Origin: an uncultured Nitrososphaerota archaeon
GTDB taxonomy: Archaea; Thermoproteota; EX4484-205; JAAOZO01
Length of the DNA stretch: 16,346 bases
Direction of reading: 5' to 3'
Assembly (NCBI GenBank): GCA_964408285.1
Contig: CAYOYV010000021.1
Coordinates: 1-16,346 of the forward strand
Positions 15,695-16,346 of this stretch are shown one piece after another (the first letter of the stretch is position 1; each line of letters begins with the position of its first letter). Position numbers and translations under genes: made by a program. The notes beneath the pieces were generated by a model that saw only the letters and a list, made by a program, of their open reading frames with translations, was not told the DNA's origin and did not search any database.

Positions 15695-15878
15695 GAACAA
15701 CCCGCGCACATTATTGTAAAGCTCATGCGGCCTAGCACCCGTGTACCCGATTGTCAGCTTCCTGACAGAGTTGATCCGAGCCTTTATATGGATTTGAACG
15801 CCTACTGAAATACGCTGACTAAATCGCTTCTCGAATGATTGAGTTGTCATCCGGCGTGAGATAACGCGGGCCTCTAAG

Positions 15879-16346
15879 TTATGCTGCCCCCGGTCTAGTC
15901 AATCGGAGCGTGTTAATGAGCGTCAATAGAGTTACGCCATCATCTCCCAAAGCCACTGTGAACCAAAGTGGTACGAGTCCCAGCAAACCAAGACCCCCAA
16001 GCGCTAGCTTCGCAGCTAGGGAAATGGCAATATTCTGTCTTGCGATCTTAAGGGTCATTGTGCTCAGTTCATGGACGTAGAGTATCCGTTTCAACTCATC
16101 TTTGACAAGTATGACATCAGCCGATTCGAGTGCTGCAGCAACTCCTCCTCCGGACATCGCGATTCCCACATCTGAGGCAGCACCTCCCGCTATGTTCGGC
16201 ATTATTAACGCAGTAAAAAGTGCAGTACCAATAACAAGAGGAACATAGATCCGCGCAAATCTATCAACTAGCTTCTCGATTTTTGCTTTTCTTTTTCTCG
16301 ATTGGCCTACAAGCTTGGCGATCCTTGATACAAGGGTTTCCTCAGT
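15879..16346 (-). pseudogene. 3' part of a heavy-metal P1B-type ATPase (ZntA/CadA-like) with an in-frame deletion of the catalytic core; runs off the window edge
   Basis: Open frame from 16346 reads TEETLVSRIAKLVGQSRKRKAKIEKLVDRFARIYVPLVIGTALFTALIMPNIAGG, then directly AASDVGIAM..ESADVIL..RQNIAISLAAK..GDDG. No CPx, DKTGT, TGD or GDGxND motifs lie between these parts. Confidence 0.8.

Noticed and set aside
1-16346. CRISPR array, integron attC sites, tRNA/rRNA, transposase or integrase
   Set aside because: No regularly spaced repeats, cloverleaf structures or recombinase/transposase motifs were seen by eye.

Overview
Gene-dense accessory region, about 16 CDS, with no rRNA, tRNA, CRISPR array or transposase recognised. 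Many genes have an AT-rich TATA-like box about 20-37 nt upstream of the start, often with no SD sequence. This points to an archaeal source; Bathyarchaeia is a guess. Contents in order: GH116 glycosidase, ICMT-family membrane methyltransferase, ABC-2 exporter pair, PH/GRAM-like small protein, small membrane protein, AlkZ/YcaQ-like (HTH_42) protein with a non-canonical catalytic motif, URO-D/CIMS-like TIM-barrel protein, secreted metzincin, second small membrane protein, stand-alone ChrB-like domain, AadA/ANT-like nucleotidyltransferase, MBL hydrolase coupled to a TPR plus tandem-retropepsin protease, second Pol-beta nucleotidyltransferase, and the 3' end of a P1B ATPase. The ATPase appears to have lost its whole catalytic core by an in-frame deletion. 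The most notable non-coding signal is a nested inverted-repeat element at 9503-9647 next to a (CG)5 palindrome. I could not establish a coherent new system with confidence; the candidates are listed with tests. All family calls come from motif recognition, not database searches.
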